A DNA stretch of 28,807 bases, from positions 1 through 28,807 of the forward strand of contig JBFWWP010000018.1 of the NCBI GenBank assembly GCA_050246115.1, written 5' to 3'. Numbering within the stretch: position 1 is the stretch's first letter; every line of letters begins with the position of its first letter. The notes below the pieces were generated by a model. The model made no database searches. It worked only from the letters and a program-made list of their open reading frames with translations, and was not told the origin of the DNA. The position numbers and the translations under genes were made by a program. Positions 14,866 through 23,438 of the stretch are shown in pieces. The DNA is from Planctomycetota bacterium. GTDB lineage: Bacteria > Planctomycetota > UBA8108 > UBA1146 > JAJFFE01.

Positions 14866-16202
14866 CCCGCCCTCCGGAGCAAACTCATGGGATCGTGCTT
14901 CGACGCCCGCCACGCGGGATAGGCCGATGCGACCACGGCACCGACGGTGAGCACGACGCCCGCCTGAATCGTGTCGGACCAGGGGAGCGTCGCCGCGACC
15001 GCGACGTTGGGGTCGAGCGCCACGCGCAGCTCGGCGAGCCCCATGCCGCAAGCCAAACCGACCGCGAACCCCACGATCGCGAGGAGCACCCCCTCGCACA
15101 CGAACTGCGTGAAGATGTCGAGGCGCCGGGCTCCCTCGGCGCGGCGCAGGGCGATCTCCCGGCGGCGCTGCCAGCCGGAGAGCAGCAGCAAGTTCGCGAG
15201 CACCAGCAAGCCCATGGTGACGAAGAGGCAGAAGAAGACCTCGTGCAACACCAGGTACCCCTGCATCTCCGGCGCGGTCATGATCGGCCACACCGCGTTG
15301 GTGTAGAGCAGAGGAGAACGGCCGCGCTCCACCAGCAGCTTCTCGGCTTGCGCCGCGCACACCCCGACAAGGGTCGGCTCGACCCGGATGAACAGCCAGT
15401 CGAGGCGGTCGCCCGGCACGGCCGAGCGCGGGAGGTAAACGCCCAAGCCGGTCGAGCGCCACGGGGCGTCGGCGGGCGCGATGCCCACTGCGCGGAGCAA
15501 GGTCGACACGAGTTTCGAAAAGCGGGCGTCGTCGCGGACGCCCATGGCATCGGCGTCGTCGCGCTCGTCCTCGATGACACCCACGACGTGGAGCATGCGC
15601 GCACCCGCGACCGACGCCTCGGCAGGGATGAGCGCAGGCAGGTCGGCGGGTCCCGTCGGCGCCAGCGCCATTCGCCGGCCGACGACGCCCGACGGATCGA
15701 CTCCGACCCCCAGGAGGTGCTCGACGAGCCCCAACTCGAGCGCGACCTCGGTGACCGGATCCGCCCCGGCCTCGGCCGCCGGGGTAGCACTCGGGTAACG
15801 GCCACAAAGTGCCTTCTTACCGCGGGTTGAGGAGATCTCGTCGTCGCATCCGAGGAGCCAAACGCGCGGGTCCAGTGCCTCGCCGACGACGAGGCTCGCG
15901 GGAGCGACTCGGAGGCCGGAGACCCTGGCGTCGGGGCCCAGCGCGGCGGCGAGACTGGGCAAGTCGGCCTCGATGGGGAAAACCGCCCCCCCCGGGTCAA
16001 CGCCGATTTGGACGAGGTCGGTGCCGATTTCGCGGGCCCGCTCCACGGCCGCGGCGCGTGTGCCGCCGATGACCGCCGCCGGCACGATCGCCAGCGCCAC
16101 CGCCCAGATCATCCCCTGGCTGACCAGGAGCGTCCGGAGCGGGTGCGCGGCGATCTCCCGGACCGCGATGGCAAGGTTCGCCTTCAGCGCCGTGTAGGAC
16201 AT
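14862..16202 (-). CDS. ABC transporter permease, FtsX-like (MacB/LolC/LolE/DevC family), first of a tandem pair
   Basis: The ATG at 16200-16202 gives MSYTALKANLAIAVREIAAHPLRTLLVSQGMIWAVALAIVPAAVIGG, a typical FtsX-type N-terminus. The C-terminal region EIALRRAEGARRLDIFTQFVCEGVLLAIVGFAVGLACG... is the FtsX domain. Confidence 0.8.
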   Translation of the reverse strand: MSYTALKANLAIAVREIAAHPLRTLLVSQGMIWAVALAIVPAAVIGGTRAAAVERAREIGTDLVQIGVDPGGAVFPIEADLPSLAAALGPDARVSGLRVAPASLVVGEALDPRVWLLGCDDEISSTRGKKALCGRYPSATPAAEAGADPVTEVALELGLVEHLLGVGVDPSGVVGRRMALAPTGPADLPALIPAEASVAGARMLHVVGVIEDERDDADAMGVRDDARFSKLVSTLLRAVGIAPADAPWRSTGLGVYLPRSAVPGDRLDWLFIRVEPTLVGVCAAQAEKLLVERGRSPLLYTNAVWPIMTAPEMQGYLVLHEVFFCLFVTMGLLVLANLLLLSGWQRRREIALRRAEGARRLDIFTQFVCEGVLLAIVGFAVGLACGMGLAELRVALDPNVAVAATLPWSDTIQAGVVLTVGAVVASAYPAWRASKHDPMSLLRRAG

Positions 16203-16588
16203 GCTCGAAAAACCCCTTTCCAACTCGATGCGGCTTCCCTTTAATGGGGCGTTCCGCTGGGCCCGCGCGAGGCCGGGAGTCGCGAAACGTCCACCGGAAC
16301 GAAGGGGTTCCGCGCCCGCGGGGAGCTGAACCGGTCGGTCCTCCGCGATCCACCGAGCGTCCGGGCAAGCTCGGGGTGCCGCTCGCGCTCGACGCGCTCG
16401 CGGCCGTGGTTTCGCGTCGTGGCAGTAGGCGCAGACGCTTGTACCGCCGGGGGGGATAGTACCCTCGAGTACGGCGATTCGGCCTCCGCGAATTGGCACT
16501 GCGAACGGACGACCCCCGCGAGTCGACACATCCCGGGGCACGGTCGAGACAACGTCACGCGTAACCGTTCATTTGGACAGGCTTCATC

Positions 16589-17098
16589 ATGACTGCGAAG
16601 ACTATGCACGTCGAACGCTTCGGTCTCCCGTCTTGCGGAACCGGCCGCGGGACGCGCTTCGGGTTGGCCCTACCCGGGTTGGCCCTACTGTTGGGCTGGG
16701 GCCTCGCCAGCGGTTGTTCGACTCCGAGAAACCCGGCCGAGAACGAAGTGATCGAGGTATCGCACAACACGCAGTACAACGACCTCCCGGTGCCGTTCGG
16801 CTTCGACTTCGATCAGCGCGAGTCGTGGGCCTACCGCGAGTTCGAGGAAGCCGCAATGCCGTTTCGGTCCTGCTCTCAGGTCTACTGGGGAGACCAGCCG
16901 ATCCGCCACTTGGCGACTTGGTACGAATCGCAAATGGGCCAGTACGGCTGGCATCACGAGCAGACGATCGAAGGCAAGAGCATCCAGCTGATCTTCACCA
17001 AGGGCATCGAGAGGTCCGAAATCGACCTGGTGAGAACGATCGACCGTGGCGGCCGCGACCCCATCACCAAGCTCACCTGCCGAATCGTTGCGAACTGA
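16589..17098 (+). CDS. Hypothetical lipoprotein
   Basis: The signal peptide with lipobox is LALPGLALLLGWGLASGCSTP. The mature part is a soluble protein rich in W, Y and Q. No recognisable family. Confidence 0.55.
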   Translation: MTAKTMHVERFGLPSCGTGRGTRFGLALPGLALLLGWGLASGCSTPRNPAENEVIEVSHNTQYNDLPVPFGFDFDQRESWAYREFEEAAMPFRSCSQVYWGDQPIRHLATWYESQMGQYGWHHEQTIEGKSIQLIFTKGIERSEIDLVRTIDRGGRDPITKLTCRIVAN

Positions 17099-17168
17099 GT
17101 CTGGCGAGACGTCTCGTAAGAACAAGATACCGGCGTGTCCGGGCTACGAACAGGAAGACCAACCGCTC

Positions 17169-17771
17169 ATGTCGAAGGTGAAGAAGAACGCCCCGCCAAC
17201 CAAGCACGAGACCGCTCACCTCGAGGACACGATCACGCAAGTGTCGGACCGCGTGGCGGTGATTGCCAAGCGCTACTGGGTGCCGATCGTGGTCGCCTGT
17301 GTCGCGGTGGTCGGCCTCCTGGGAATCTCCTCGATCTATCAGTGGTTCGCAAAGACTCGCCAGGAAGAGTTGGCCTCGGAGATCTACAACGCTTTCGATG
17401 GACCGAACGACGAGGCCAACCTCGACGCCAAGCGCGGCAAACTCGAGAAGGTGTGGAGCGAGATCCAGGGCGAGACCATCGAGTCGGTGTTTGCCGTGCG
17501 ATATGCCAGGTGGTTGTGGCAGGACGCGAAAAACCCGCAGCGCGCGGTGCAGGTCCTCGATGAGGCGACGAAGCGACACCCCGAGGACAAGGTCTTGGAG
17601 TTCTTCCGCAGCCGCTACGCCCAAACGCTGAAGGCCAGCGAGGGCTTCGTCATTCCGACGCCGCCCCCGCCGCCGGAGCCGATCGTCCCGACCCCGATCC
17701 CGACTCCGACGCCCGGCACCCTCCCCGAGGCGCCGCCGACCGTGGATCCGCCGGCCCCGAGCGACGGATAG
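17169..17771 (+). CDS. Hypothetical single-pass membrane protein with a proline-rich C-terminal tail
   Basis: It starts at the ATG at 17169 (MSKVKKNAPPTKHE...). A single TM helix (WVPIVVACVAVVGLLGISSIYQWF) is followed by a helical TPR-like region and a C-terminal tail IPTPPPPPEPIVPTPIPTPTPGTLPEAPPTVDPPAPSDG. It sits immediately upstream of rluD. Confidence 0.5.
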   Translation: MSKVKKNAPPTKHETAHLEDTITQVSDRVAVIAKRYWVPIVVACVAVVGLLGISSIYQWFAKTRQEELASEIYNAFDGPNDEANLDAKRGKLEKVWSEIQGETIESVFAVRYARWLWQDAKNPQRAVQVLDEATKRHPEDKVLEFFRSRYAQTLKASEGFVIPTPPPPPEPIVPTPIPTPTPGTLPEAPPTVDPPAPSDG

Positions 17772-17800
17772 GAACGGTCCCGATCGAGCGTTCACCGGGG

Positions 17801-18772
17801 ATGGAAGCCGAGACGTTCCACTCCCTCACCGTCGGCGCAGACGCTGCGGGGGAACGAGTCGACCATTGGTTGCACCTGCAGTTCACCGACCTGTCTCGTT
17901 CCGCGCTCAAGCGCTACATCGAGGAGGGCCGCGTGCTGGTGAACGGCGCGCCTCCGAAACCGAGCACGACGCTGCGCGCCGGCAGCGAGGTCTCGGTTCG
18001 CATACCCGCGCCGCCGCCGCTGCGTCCGATCGCGCAGGAGATCCCCCTTGCGGTCATCTTCGAGGACGACGCAATCCTCGTGATCAACAAGGGACCCGAC
18101 ATGGTGGTGCACCCGTCCCCGGGACGCTCGCCACAAGGAACGTTGGTCAACGCGCTACTCGGGCGGCCGGGCCAGCTTTCGTCCGAAGGCGGGGACTATC
18201 GGCCCGGGATCGTCCACCGACTGGATCGAGAGACCTCTGGCCTCATCGTCGTCGCCCGCACCGACGCCGCCCACCGCAATCTCGCGGCGCAGTTCAAAGC
18301 GCGCGCGGTGGCGAAGGAGTATCTGGCGTTGGCTCACGAGGTTCCCAACTCAGCCGAGGGACTCGTGGACCTGCCCGTCGGGCGCTCCCCCACGCAGCGA
18401 AAGAAGATGACCGTCCGGCACGATGAACAGGGCAAGGAGTCTCAAACCCGCTGGCGGGTCGAGCGCACGCTGGCGCGGTTCACGTGGTTTCGCTTGTTTC
18501 CTCGCACGGGAAGAACCCACCAGATTCGCGTTCACCTGAAGAGCCTCGGGCACCCCATCGTGTGCGACGCGCTCTACGGACGCGAAAAGAAGATCACGCT
18601 GTCGGAGATCCATGGCCGCACTCCCAAGGCCGGCGAGGAAGCGGTTCTCGATCACCATGCGCTGCACGCTGCGCGCTTGTCCTTCGCTCACCCGGTCCAC
18701 GGCCAGCCACTCACGTTCGAAGCCCCCTTGCCGCGAGAACTCCAGCGCCTGTGGGATCTCGCGGCCGACTGA
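17801..18772 (+). CDS. rluD: 23S rRNA pseudouridine synthase, RluD/RluA family
   Basis: The S4-like N-terminal region is ERVDHWLHLQFTDLSRSALKRYIEEGRVLVNG, and the catalytic motif HRLDRETSGLIVVARTD is present. Length and layout are typical for RluD. Confidence 0.9.
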   Translation: MEAETFHSLTVGADAAGERVDHWLHLQFTDLSRSALKRYIEEGRVLVNGAPPKPSTTLRAGSEVSVRIPAPPPLRPIAQEIPLAVIFEDDAILVINKGPDMVVHPSPGRSPQGTLVNALLGRPGQLSSEGGDYRPGIVHRLDRETSGLIVVARTDAAHRNLAAQFKARAVAKEYLALAHEVPNSAEGLVDLPVGRSPTQRKKMTVRHDEQGKESQTRWRVERTLARFTWFRLFPRTGRTHQIRVHLKSLGHPIVCDALYGREKKITLSEIHGRTPKAGEEAVLDHHALHAARLSFAHPVHGQPLTFEAPLPRELQRLWDLAAD

Positions 18773-18934
18773 TTCGGGTCACCGCCCCCCAGAGAACGCC
18801 TGGTGATTTGGAAAGTCATTCACGCGCGAACGCTTACGACTCGAATGAGCGGCGGCGAGACTTTCTCTTCAAATCCTTCGAGTTGCCGGCCGATCAACCG
18901 TGGGGGGACACGAATGGGCGAGGAGGCCTCGGGG

Positions 18935-19117
18935 ATGGGCTCGTCGGACAAGCACACCTGCCAGCGTTGCTTTCATCAGGAACAGATACCCACCTACCAG
19001 TACGTGAAGTTCGACGACCGCATCCAGTACCTGTGCCGACAGTGTTGGGAGGGGTTTCGTCGCTGGTTCCATTGGGGACAGAACGACGTGCGCGAGCGCC
19101 AGCTGGAGCTGTTCTAG
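18935..19117 (+). CDS. Small (about 60 aa) CxxC...CxxC zinc-ribbon-like protein
   Basis: MGSSDKHTCQRCFHQEQIPTYQYVKFDDRIQYLCRQCWEGFRRWFHWGQ... has two CxxC pairs 22 aa apart and a Trp-rich tail. A strong SD (GAGGAGG) lies 8 nt upstream of the ATG at 18935. The longer ORF 18803..19117 has no SD. Confidence 0.45.
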   Translation: MGSSDKHTCQRCFHQEQIPTYQYVKFDDRIQYLCRQCWEGFRRWFHWGQNDVRERQLELF

Positions 19118-19122
19118 TCTCA

Positions 19123-19146
19123 GTTCGAGCGCGTCCCGCGCTCGAA
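19123..19146 (+). terminator. Perfect 10-bp GC-rich hairpin (TTCGAGCGCG-tcc-CGCGCTCGAA) 6 nt after the stop of the small zinc-ribbon gene
   Basis: Read directly. Its position at a gene end fits an intrinsic terminator, but there is no clear U-tract, which is common in high-GC genomes. Confidence 0.4.
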
Positions 19147-19375
19147 TCGGGGTGATTCGTCTCCGAGGAGCTTTCGCAAAGCCCCCTCGTGGCGGCGGCA
19201 CAGCCGCCTCCACTTCACCCACGAACGCCCGCCTTCGGCTTCGTTCGGTATCCGTCAGGCGCGAACCGGGGTTGCTCGCGAATGCGCGCCCGCGGGGCGG
19301 CCCTTGGGCTTGGCCGCCGGGTGCTTCCTCGTCCACGGGCTCAAGCTTGCCCGCTCGGCGCCCGATTCATCGTTC

Positions 19376-21103
19376 ATGAACATGCCGATAAAGCGCGGGA
19401 AGCTCCGAGTCGTCACCGTCTTTCTAGCAGGGACCATCTGCGCCCTCGCGAACGCCGAGGAACTCCCGCACTTCGCGACGCGCGAGCTCTCGATCCGCAC
19501 CGCGATCACGAGCGTCGGTGCGGCGCCCGTCGCGAGCTACCAGCTCTGGGTGACCACCGACGGCGGTCGCAGTTGGGCTCGTGGTGGCGCTCCGTACCCC
19601 GGGCCCGCACCGGTGCCATTCGTCGCCCCCGGGGATGGTCGCTACGGGTTCCTCGTCGCGGCCTTCGACAGCGCCGGCCTCGGTTCGCGCCCTCCGCAGC
19701 CGGGCCAGACCCCAGACTTCGAGTGCGTGGTCGACACCGAAGCTCCGGCGCTCGAAGTCCTACGGCCCGAGACGTCGGATGCGATCTATGCCGGTGGACA
19801 GGTGATCTGCCAGTGGCGCGCTCTGGACGCCAGCCTCGGCCCCAAACCGGTTCGTATCGAGTACCGTCGCCGCCCCGACCCCGTGTGGCAGCCGATTCTG
19901 CCGGAGAACGACTTCATCGCCGAGGGATCCCAAGCCTGGTGGCCGCCGTTCGTCGACGGCGAGGTCGATCTCCGCATCGTGGCTACCGACCGAGCGGGGA
20001 ACCGGTCCGAGTGGGAATTGCCGGCCCCGCTCCGGGTCATCCCGTTCGACGGTTTCCGCGGTTCGCGAGTCCTCGCTGCGACGCCCTACTCATCCTTTCA
20101 CTCGGTTCCCATCTTCTACCGCATCCAGGAGTACACGCTCGTGGAACTCGAGGAGGTGGAGCTCTGGTATCGTCACGAGACCAGTTCCTGGGCACGCGCG
20201 AGCGACCCGGACAAGGTGTCGCCGTACCGTTTCGAAGCTCGACTCGATGGCAACTACTTCTTCTACCTTCGAGCCACGAATCGAAATGGCGTCGCCACGC
20301 GCGAACCACCGGGCGCGGATACCCCACCCGACCTACGGGTCATTGTCGACACGCACTCCCCCGAGGGGGCACTCCGTGTCGGCAACGGCGAGCGCAAGGT
20401 CTTCCACCGAGCAGGCGATCCGCTGGAGATCGCGTGGCAACTCGCCGACGCCAACCTGCGGGCGAGCGCGTGCCGGCTGGAGTACAGCCTCGACTCGGGT
20501 CACGATTGGCGTAGCCTGGCGAACGACATCCACCTCAGTGGCGGTAACGGCACCTTCCTCTGGCGCGCGCCGCTGCTCGAGATCGGGGAACTTCGAGTGC
20601 GACTGGTGGCACGCGACTACGCTGGCAATCAGACCTACGTGGAGTCGGACTCGATCCTGCACCTGATCAACCCGACGGTCGACCCGAAGGCGGCGGCGCA
20701 GGACTTCTATCAACGAGGGCTGTTTCTCTCGCGACTCGGGGATCGTGCGTCGCTGATGTCGGCACTCGAGAACTTCGATGTCGCCCTCACCTACGATCCC
20801 GAGCATGCGCTTGCCTGGCACGATCGCGGCGCCATCCGCATGCTCCTGAATCTGCCGCTCGCGGCGATCGCCGACTTCGAGCGCGCGCGGGAGCTCCGAC
20901 CGCGGGATCTCGATCTGACGTTCTCGCTGATCCGAGCACACTTGCACGTGGCCCGCAGTGGCAAGGACCCACAGGTCGACCACACGGCGATGGCGCGCAC
21001 GCTGTTCGAGTCCGTCTCGCGCGTGGACATCTACAAAGAGATCAACTACCGTGAACTCCTCAACGAGTATCAGCTCCTCGAGCAAGGTCTCGGATCGAAG
21101 TGA
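19376..21103 (+). CDS. Secreted protein with BNR/Asp-box repeats and C-terminal TPR repeats
   Basis: It starts at MNMPIKRGKLRVVTVFLAGTICALANAEE, a signal peptide with an AXA site. The BNR-like motifs are WVTTDGGRSWAR and SLDSGHDWRSL. The C-terminal helical repeats (DFYQRGLFLSRLGDRASLMSALENFDVALTYDPEHALAWHDRGAI...) are TPR-like. Confidence 0.7.
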   Translation: MNMPIKRGKLRVVTVFLAGTICALANAEELPHFATRELSIRTAITSVGAAPVASYQLWVTTDGGRSWARGGAPYPGPAPVPFVAPGDGRYGFLVAAFDSAGLGSRPPQPGQTPDFECVVDTEAPALEVLRPETSDAIYAGGQVICQWRALDASLGPKPVRIEYRRRPDPVWQPILPENDFIAEGSQAWWPPFVDGEVDLRIVATDRAGNRSEWELPAPLRVIPFDGFRGSRVLAATPYSSFHSVPIFYRIQEYTLVELEEVELWYRHETSSWARASDPDKVSPYRFEARLDGNYFFYLRATNRNGVATREPPGADTPPDLRVIVDTHSPEGALRVGNGERKVFHRAGDPLEIAWQLADANLRASACRLEYSLDSGHDWRSLANDIHLSGGNGTFLWRAPLLEIGELRVRLVARDYAGNQTYVESDSILHLINPTVDPKAAAQDFYQRGLFLSRLGDRASLMSALENFDVALTYDPEHALAWHDRGAIRMLLNLPLAAIADFERARELRPRDLDLTFSLIRAHLHVARSGKDPQVDHTAMARTLFESVSRVDIYKEINYRELLNEYQLLEQGLGSK

Positions 21104-21275
21104 CCGGGGCGCAGACGGTCTTGTCCCCTCCTCAGGACCACGAGCACAACGGGCACGCAAGTTGACACGGGAATCCGACTCACCGACACTGAGCGGGACT
21201 CGAGTCGCGCGCCGATCGGGCGCCCGGTTTGGATCGCGAAAGAAGACCCGTTGACGACGAGGCGGAGGTTCCCCG

Positions 21276-22466
21276 GTGAGCCGATGGCAACGAGCCCTGA
21301 CTCCTGGCAGCCGCCTGACGCCACTGCGTAGGGCCATCGCGTGGGGTCTCGCGCTCGCTTGGACCTTCGGTGGGAACGGGTGCGCGACTCCGAGGGATGC
21401 CACGGGCGAACCGCAACCCGTGCGCCTGACCGACCTCCACCCGGACCCGCCACCGAATCGCATGGACTGGGAGTTCTACGACAACCTCGGTGTCGGTGGG
21501 CCGGTGGCCGCAACAACCCCCGCCAGTTCGTCGCGAGACCCGGCAGACACGAACCCTGGTTCGCTCGCGGGTGAGCCCCTGGAGAAGATCTCGCCCGTGT
21601 CGGTGACCCGTGGCGTGCCCGAACCGCCGACTGCGTCTTCATCGTCGGCGTCTCCATCGTCGGCGGGGCTCGTCCAGGTGAGTCGAGGAAACCCGGAAGC
21701 GAGCGAAGGGCGCTCGGGATCGGCTCCGTCGGGTCCGACCACCGAGGGGGATCAGCTCATCGCCATGCGCGATCGACTGCTCGAGCAGCTCCGGCGACTG
21801 CAGGACCGATCGGAACACGAACTCACCGACGCGCAACGACTGACGAAGCATGACCTCGAAACTCGCCTGATGTCCTTTCACTTCCTGATCCGGAAGGCCG
21901 ACGGAGCCGCCCTACAAACGCTCCTGGAGTCCGTGGAGACACCCGTCTCGCCCGGCATGGTCCATAGCCTGCTGCGGGCCGCGCTCTACCACGACGTGGG
22001 CAGTGAGAACCTCCGGGATCGTGTGATCGCCTCCCTGCGTGCGGGATCGGCGGACAGGCCGTTCGCGCTGGTCTCGACCGAGATCTGCACTTCGGTGACC
22101 CACGACGGAGGCCGTACCCGCTACCCCGAGTATGTCTTCAAGCCGAACCAGCGGATCCTGCTCTTCGGTGAGCTCCTCAATCTGTCGTCGCGGCCCGACG
22201 GCGACGCGTTCGTCAGCGAATTGGAGATCGAGGTGCTGCTCCTCGACGCCGGTGGGCGACAAAGAGATCGGCGACGACTGGGCCTCGACGGGTCCATGGT
22301 CGATCGCCAACGGGTTCCGCGGGAGAAGAACTTCTTCTCCGAGTACTACCAACTGCCCTATCGTTTGACGCCGGGGTCCTTCCGACTCGTCATCATCGCG
22401 ACCGACCGCAACGCTGCGTCAGGGGCTACCGCCCAACAGGAACTTTCGATTCGCATTCAGAATTGA
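21276..22466 (+). CDS. Hypothetical lipoprotein or secreted protein with a Ser/Pro-rich linker
   Basis: The GTG at 21276 is preceded by GGAGG at a 7-nt spacing. The N-terminus LRRAIAWGLALAWTFGGNGCATP has a signal peptide with a Cys. A low-complexity S/P-rich segment is followed by a globular C-terminal domain. No recognisable family. Confidence 0.6.
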   Translation: MSRWQRALTPGSRLTPLRRAIAWGLALAWTFGGNGCATPRDATGEPQPVRLTDLHPDPPPNRMDWEFYDNLGVGGPVAATTPASSSRDPADTNPGSLAGEPLEKISPVSVTRGVPEPPTASSSSASPSSAGLVQVSRGNPEASEGRSGSAPSGPTTEGDQLIAMRDRLLEQLRRLQDRSEHELTDAQRLTKHDLETRLMSFHFLIRKADGAALQTLLESVETPVSPGMVHSLLRAALYHDVGSENLRDRVIASLRAGSADRPFALVSTEICTSVTHDGGRTRYPEYVFKPNQRILLFGELLNLSSRPDGDAFVSELEIEVLLLDAGGRQRDRRRLGLDGSMVDRQRVPREKNFFSEYYQLPYRLTPGSFRLVIIATDRNAASGATAQQELSIRIQN

Positions 22467-22545
22467 GCGCAGCGTCCGCTGCGAGCGGCCACCGGACGCG
22501 GCTCACGGGTGGGCCGAGCCGCTGCGAGCCGAGGAGCAAACCGCC

Positions 22546-23178
22546 GTGCAGTCCCCAGGAATCCGGATCACGGCCGGCGAGCTTCGCGGCAAGACCATCG
22601 CGGTCCCACCGGGCAACGAAGTGCGGCCCATGCGATCGCGGGTACGGGAGTCGCTCTTCTCGATCCTCGGGGATCGAGTTCGGGGGGCTCGGGTGCTCGA
22701 TGTCTTCGCCGGCTCTGGGTCGCTGAGCATCGAAGCGCTGTCGCGCGGGGCGAGCACCGCGGTCCTGGTCGAGACCGCACCCAAGGTTCTCGAGGTTCTG
22801 CGCCAGAACCTGGCGCGGCTGAATCTATCGGCGCGCACGACCGTCGTTACGGAGGACGCCTACACCTCTCCGAGCCTCGAAGCCGCACGAGGCCAACTTG
22901 GCAGGGAAGCCCCCGGTTTCGATCTGATCGTGATCGATCCGCCCTTTCCCCAGTACCCCACTGGCGCCCCTTGGGCGCTCGCGTTCCGCCTCGCCGTCGA
23001 GCTCCTCCGCCCGCGCGGCGCCCTGGCTCTCGAGTATCCGGCGGGAATCGACCCGCCCACGGAACCAGACGCAATCACCCTTGTGGCCCGCAAGAAGTAC
23101 GGCGACACCCAGCTCGGTGTCTGGGAGGAGGGTCGCAACGCGCCTCTCGGACTCAGTCCGGACGGGCGACGGCAGTGA
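22546..23178 (+). CDS. rsmD: 16S rRNA (guanine966-N2)-methyltransferase RsmD
   Basis: ITAGELRGKTIAVPPGNEVRPMRSRVRESLFSIL matches the RsmD N-terminus. VLDVFAGSGSLSIEALSRGA is the SAM-binding motif I, and VIDPPF is the DPPF/Y motif. Confidence 0.85.
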   Translation: MQSPGIRITAGELRGKTIAVPPGNEVRPMRSRVRESLFSILGDRVRGARVLDVFAGSGSLSIEALSRGASTAVLVETAPKVLEVLRQNLARLNLSARTTVVTEDAYTSPSLEAARGQLGREAPGFDLIVIDPPFPQYPTGAPWALAFRLAVELLRPRGALALEYPAGIDPPTEPDAITLVARKKYGDTQLGVWEEGRNAPLGLSPDGRRQ

Positions 23179-23248
23179 GTTGCCTGGGGGCCACGACCGA
23201 CGCCGAGCCACGAGGGAGCTGCTCGCAAGCTCCCTCGTGATCACCGAG

Positions 23249-23438
23249 CGCATAGGAGTCGCCCAAGAATAACTTCACCCTCTTGCTCGTCGCTTCGGGC
23301 CATCTTCGACCGATCCGAAAACCCCGAAATCCTCACCGGAACGAAGGCTACGCCTCCGGTTCCGAGCTTTCCGGATCGGCCGAATCTGACCCAAATCGAC
23401 GGCAAGATGTCGAAGTTATTCTTGGGCGACTCCTTATG
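23249..23438. mobile_element. MITE-like non-autonomous element of about 190 bp with 26-27-bp terminal inverted repeats and an internal long hairpin, in the convergent intergenic region between rsmD and the flotillin gene
   Basis: The left terminal repeat at 23251-23276 is CATAGGAGTCGCCCAAGAATAACTTC. The right terminal repeat, as the reverse complement of 23412-23438, is CATAAGGAGTCGCCCAAGAATAACTTC, which is identical apart from a single-A indel. The interior contains the complementary segments TCTTCGACCGATCCG / CGGATCGGCCGAA and CGGAACGAAGG..CCTCCGGTTCCG. No ORF lies inside. A TA dinucleotide abuts both ends. The flotillin TAA stop (23434-23436) lies at the right junction. Confidence 0.6.

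Noticed and set aside
16441-16475. A GTAC-CCTCGAG-TAC motif in the divergent region upstream of the FtsX permease pair could be an operator palindrome.
   Set aside because: Only the CTCGAG core is palindromic and the flanks do not mirror. This is too weak to call.
1-23436. A roughly 66-bp direct repeat at window position 1 and at 23371-23436 could be attL/attR sites bracketing a 23-kb genomic island.
   Set aside because: The second copy is clearly the arm of a small element bounded by terminal inverted repeats (MITE-like). The intervening 23 kb contains housekeeping genes (rluD, rsmD, ABC transporters). No integrase or excisionase is present and no tRNA is at either end.
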